64,000 bases of DNA from Dicyema japonicum (Eukaryota; Animalia; Dicyemida). The stretch is taken from positions 127,049 to 191,048 of the forward strand of contig RDEW01000057.1 of the NCBI GenBank assembly GCA_011109175.1, written 5' to 3'. Positions 63,603-64,000 of the stretch are shown here, one piece after another; positions within the stretch are counted from its first letter, which is position 1; every line of letters starts with the position of its first letter. The notes beneath the pieces were generated by a model, which worked only from the letters and a program-made list of their open reading frames with translations, did not search any database and was not told the origin of the DNA. The translations under genes were made by a program, and so were the position numbers.

Positions 63603-64000
63603 GTCAAAGTACCTCATGTTCAAAAAGGTGAAATAAACTCCTGTGGCGCGGCCTTTTCTGAGAAGATCCTTGCTTGGGATAGTTTTAACGTATTGAAGAG
63701 TGTGGAAAAGATTGCTGCATTTCAACTTTGAGGTTAAAAAGCAGAAAACAAAACCACCACAAAAGGCGTATGCCTTTCATTTTTAGAATGTGGGCAGATA
63801 ACATGATGCAGCAAATTGTTTCTGTCATTTTCCATAGAGCATTCTGTTGATTAGTTTTGACTGCCCGTGTTCTGATAAATGAAGTCTATAATATTTCAGT
63901 AAATTGATTCTCAACAATGCTTATGAAAAATTCAAGTATTCCACATGGTCTACCCAAAACCACAAGGACAGCAATGACAAAAAAGGTTATTCAAAGATAA

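Overview
Eukaryotic, AT-rich, transposon-littered window from a compact metazoan-type genome with extremely short spliceosomal introns (20-27 nt, mode 23, all GT-AG among those resolved). These introns are why the ORF track looks shredded. Host genes reconstructed by hand: UTP20 (-), a two-domain Ran-binding/PH-like acidic protein (-), a class-B bHLH-ZIP factor (+), JTB (+), an N-terminally reduced CXXC1/CFP1 (+), RSPH14 (-), SF3B3 (-, 19 introns) and a GhrA-like D-2-hydroxyacid dehydrogenase (-). Intergenic DNA is mostly decayed TEs: Tigger/pogo, hAT, Tc1/IS630-like, a MITE, RTE, CRE, R4-like and I/Jockey-like LINEs, and two SINE families. Tiny introns plus animal-type genes plus a motile-cilium gene best fit a dicyemid mesozoan, but this is inference. 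Most notable unexplained signals: (1) strong, reading-frame-independent enrichment of the palindrome CACGTG in host gene bodies but not in the large TE tracts; (2) a modular SINE family with a putative pseudoknot core and a LINE-derived 3' hairpin; (3) degenerate micro-introns alongside a streamlined SF3B3. Recurrent 1-nt deletions in short homopolymers are probably assembly errors. Homology calls come from remembered family sequences, and no searches were run.
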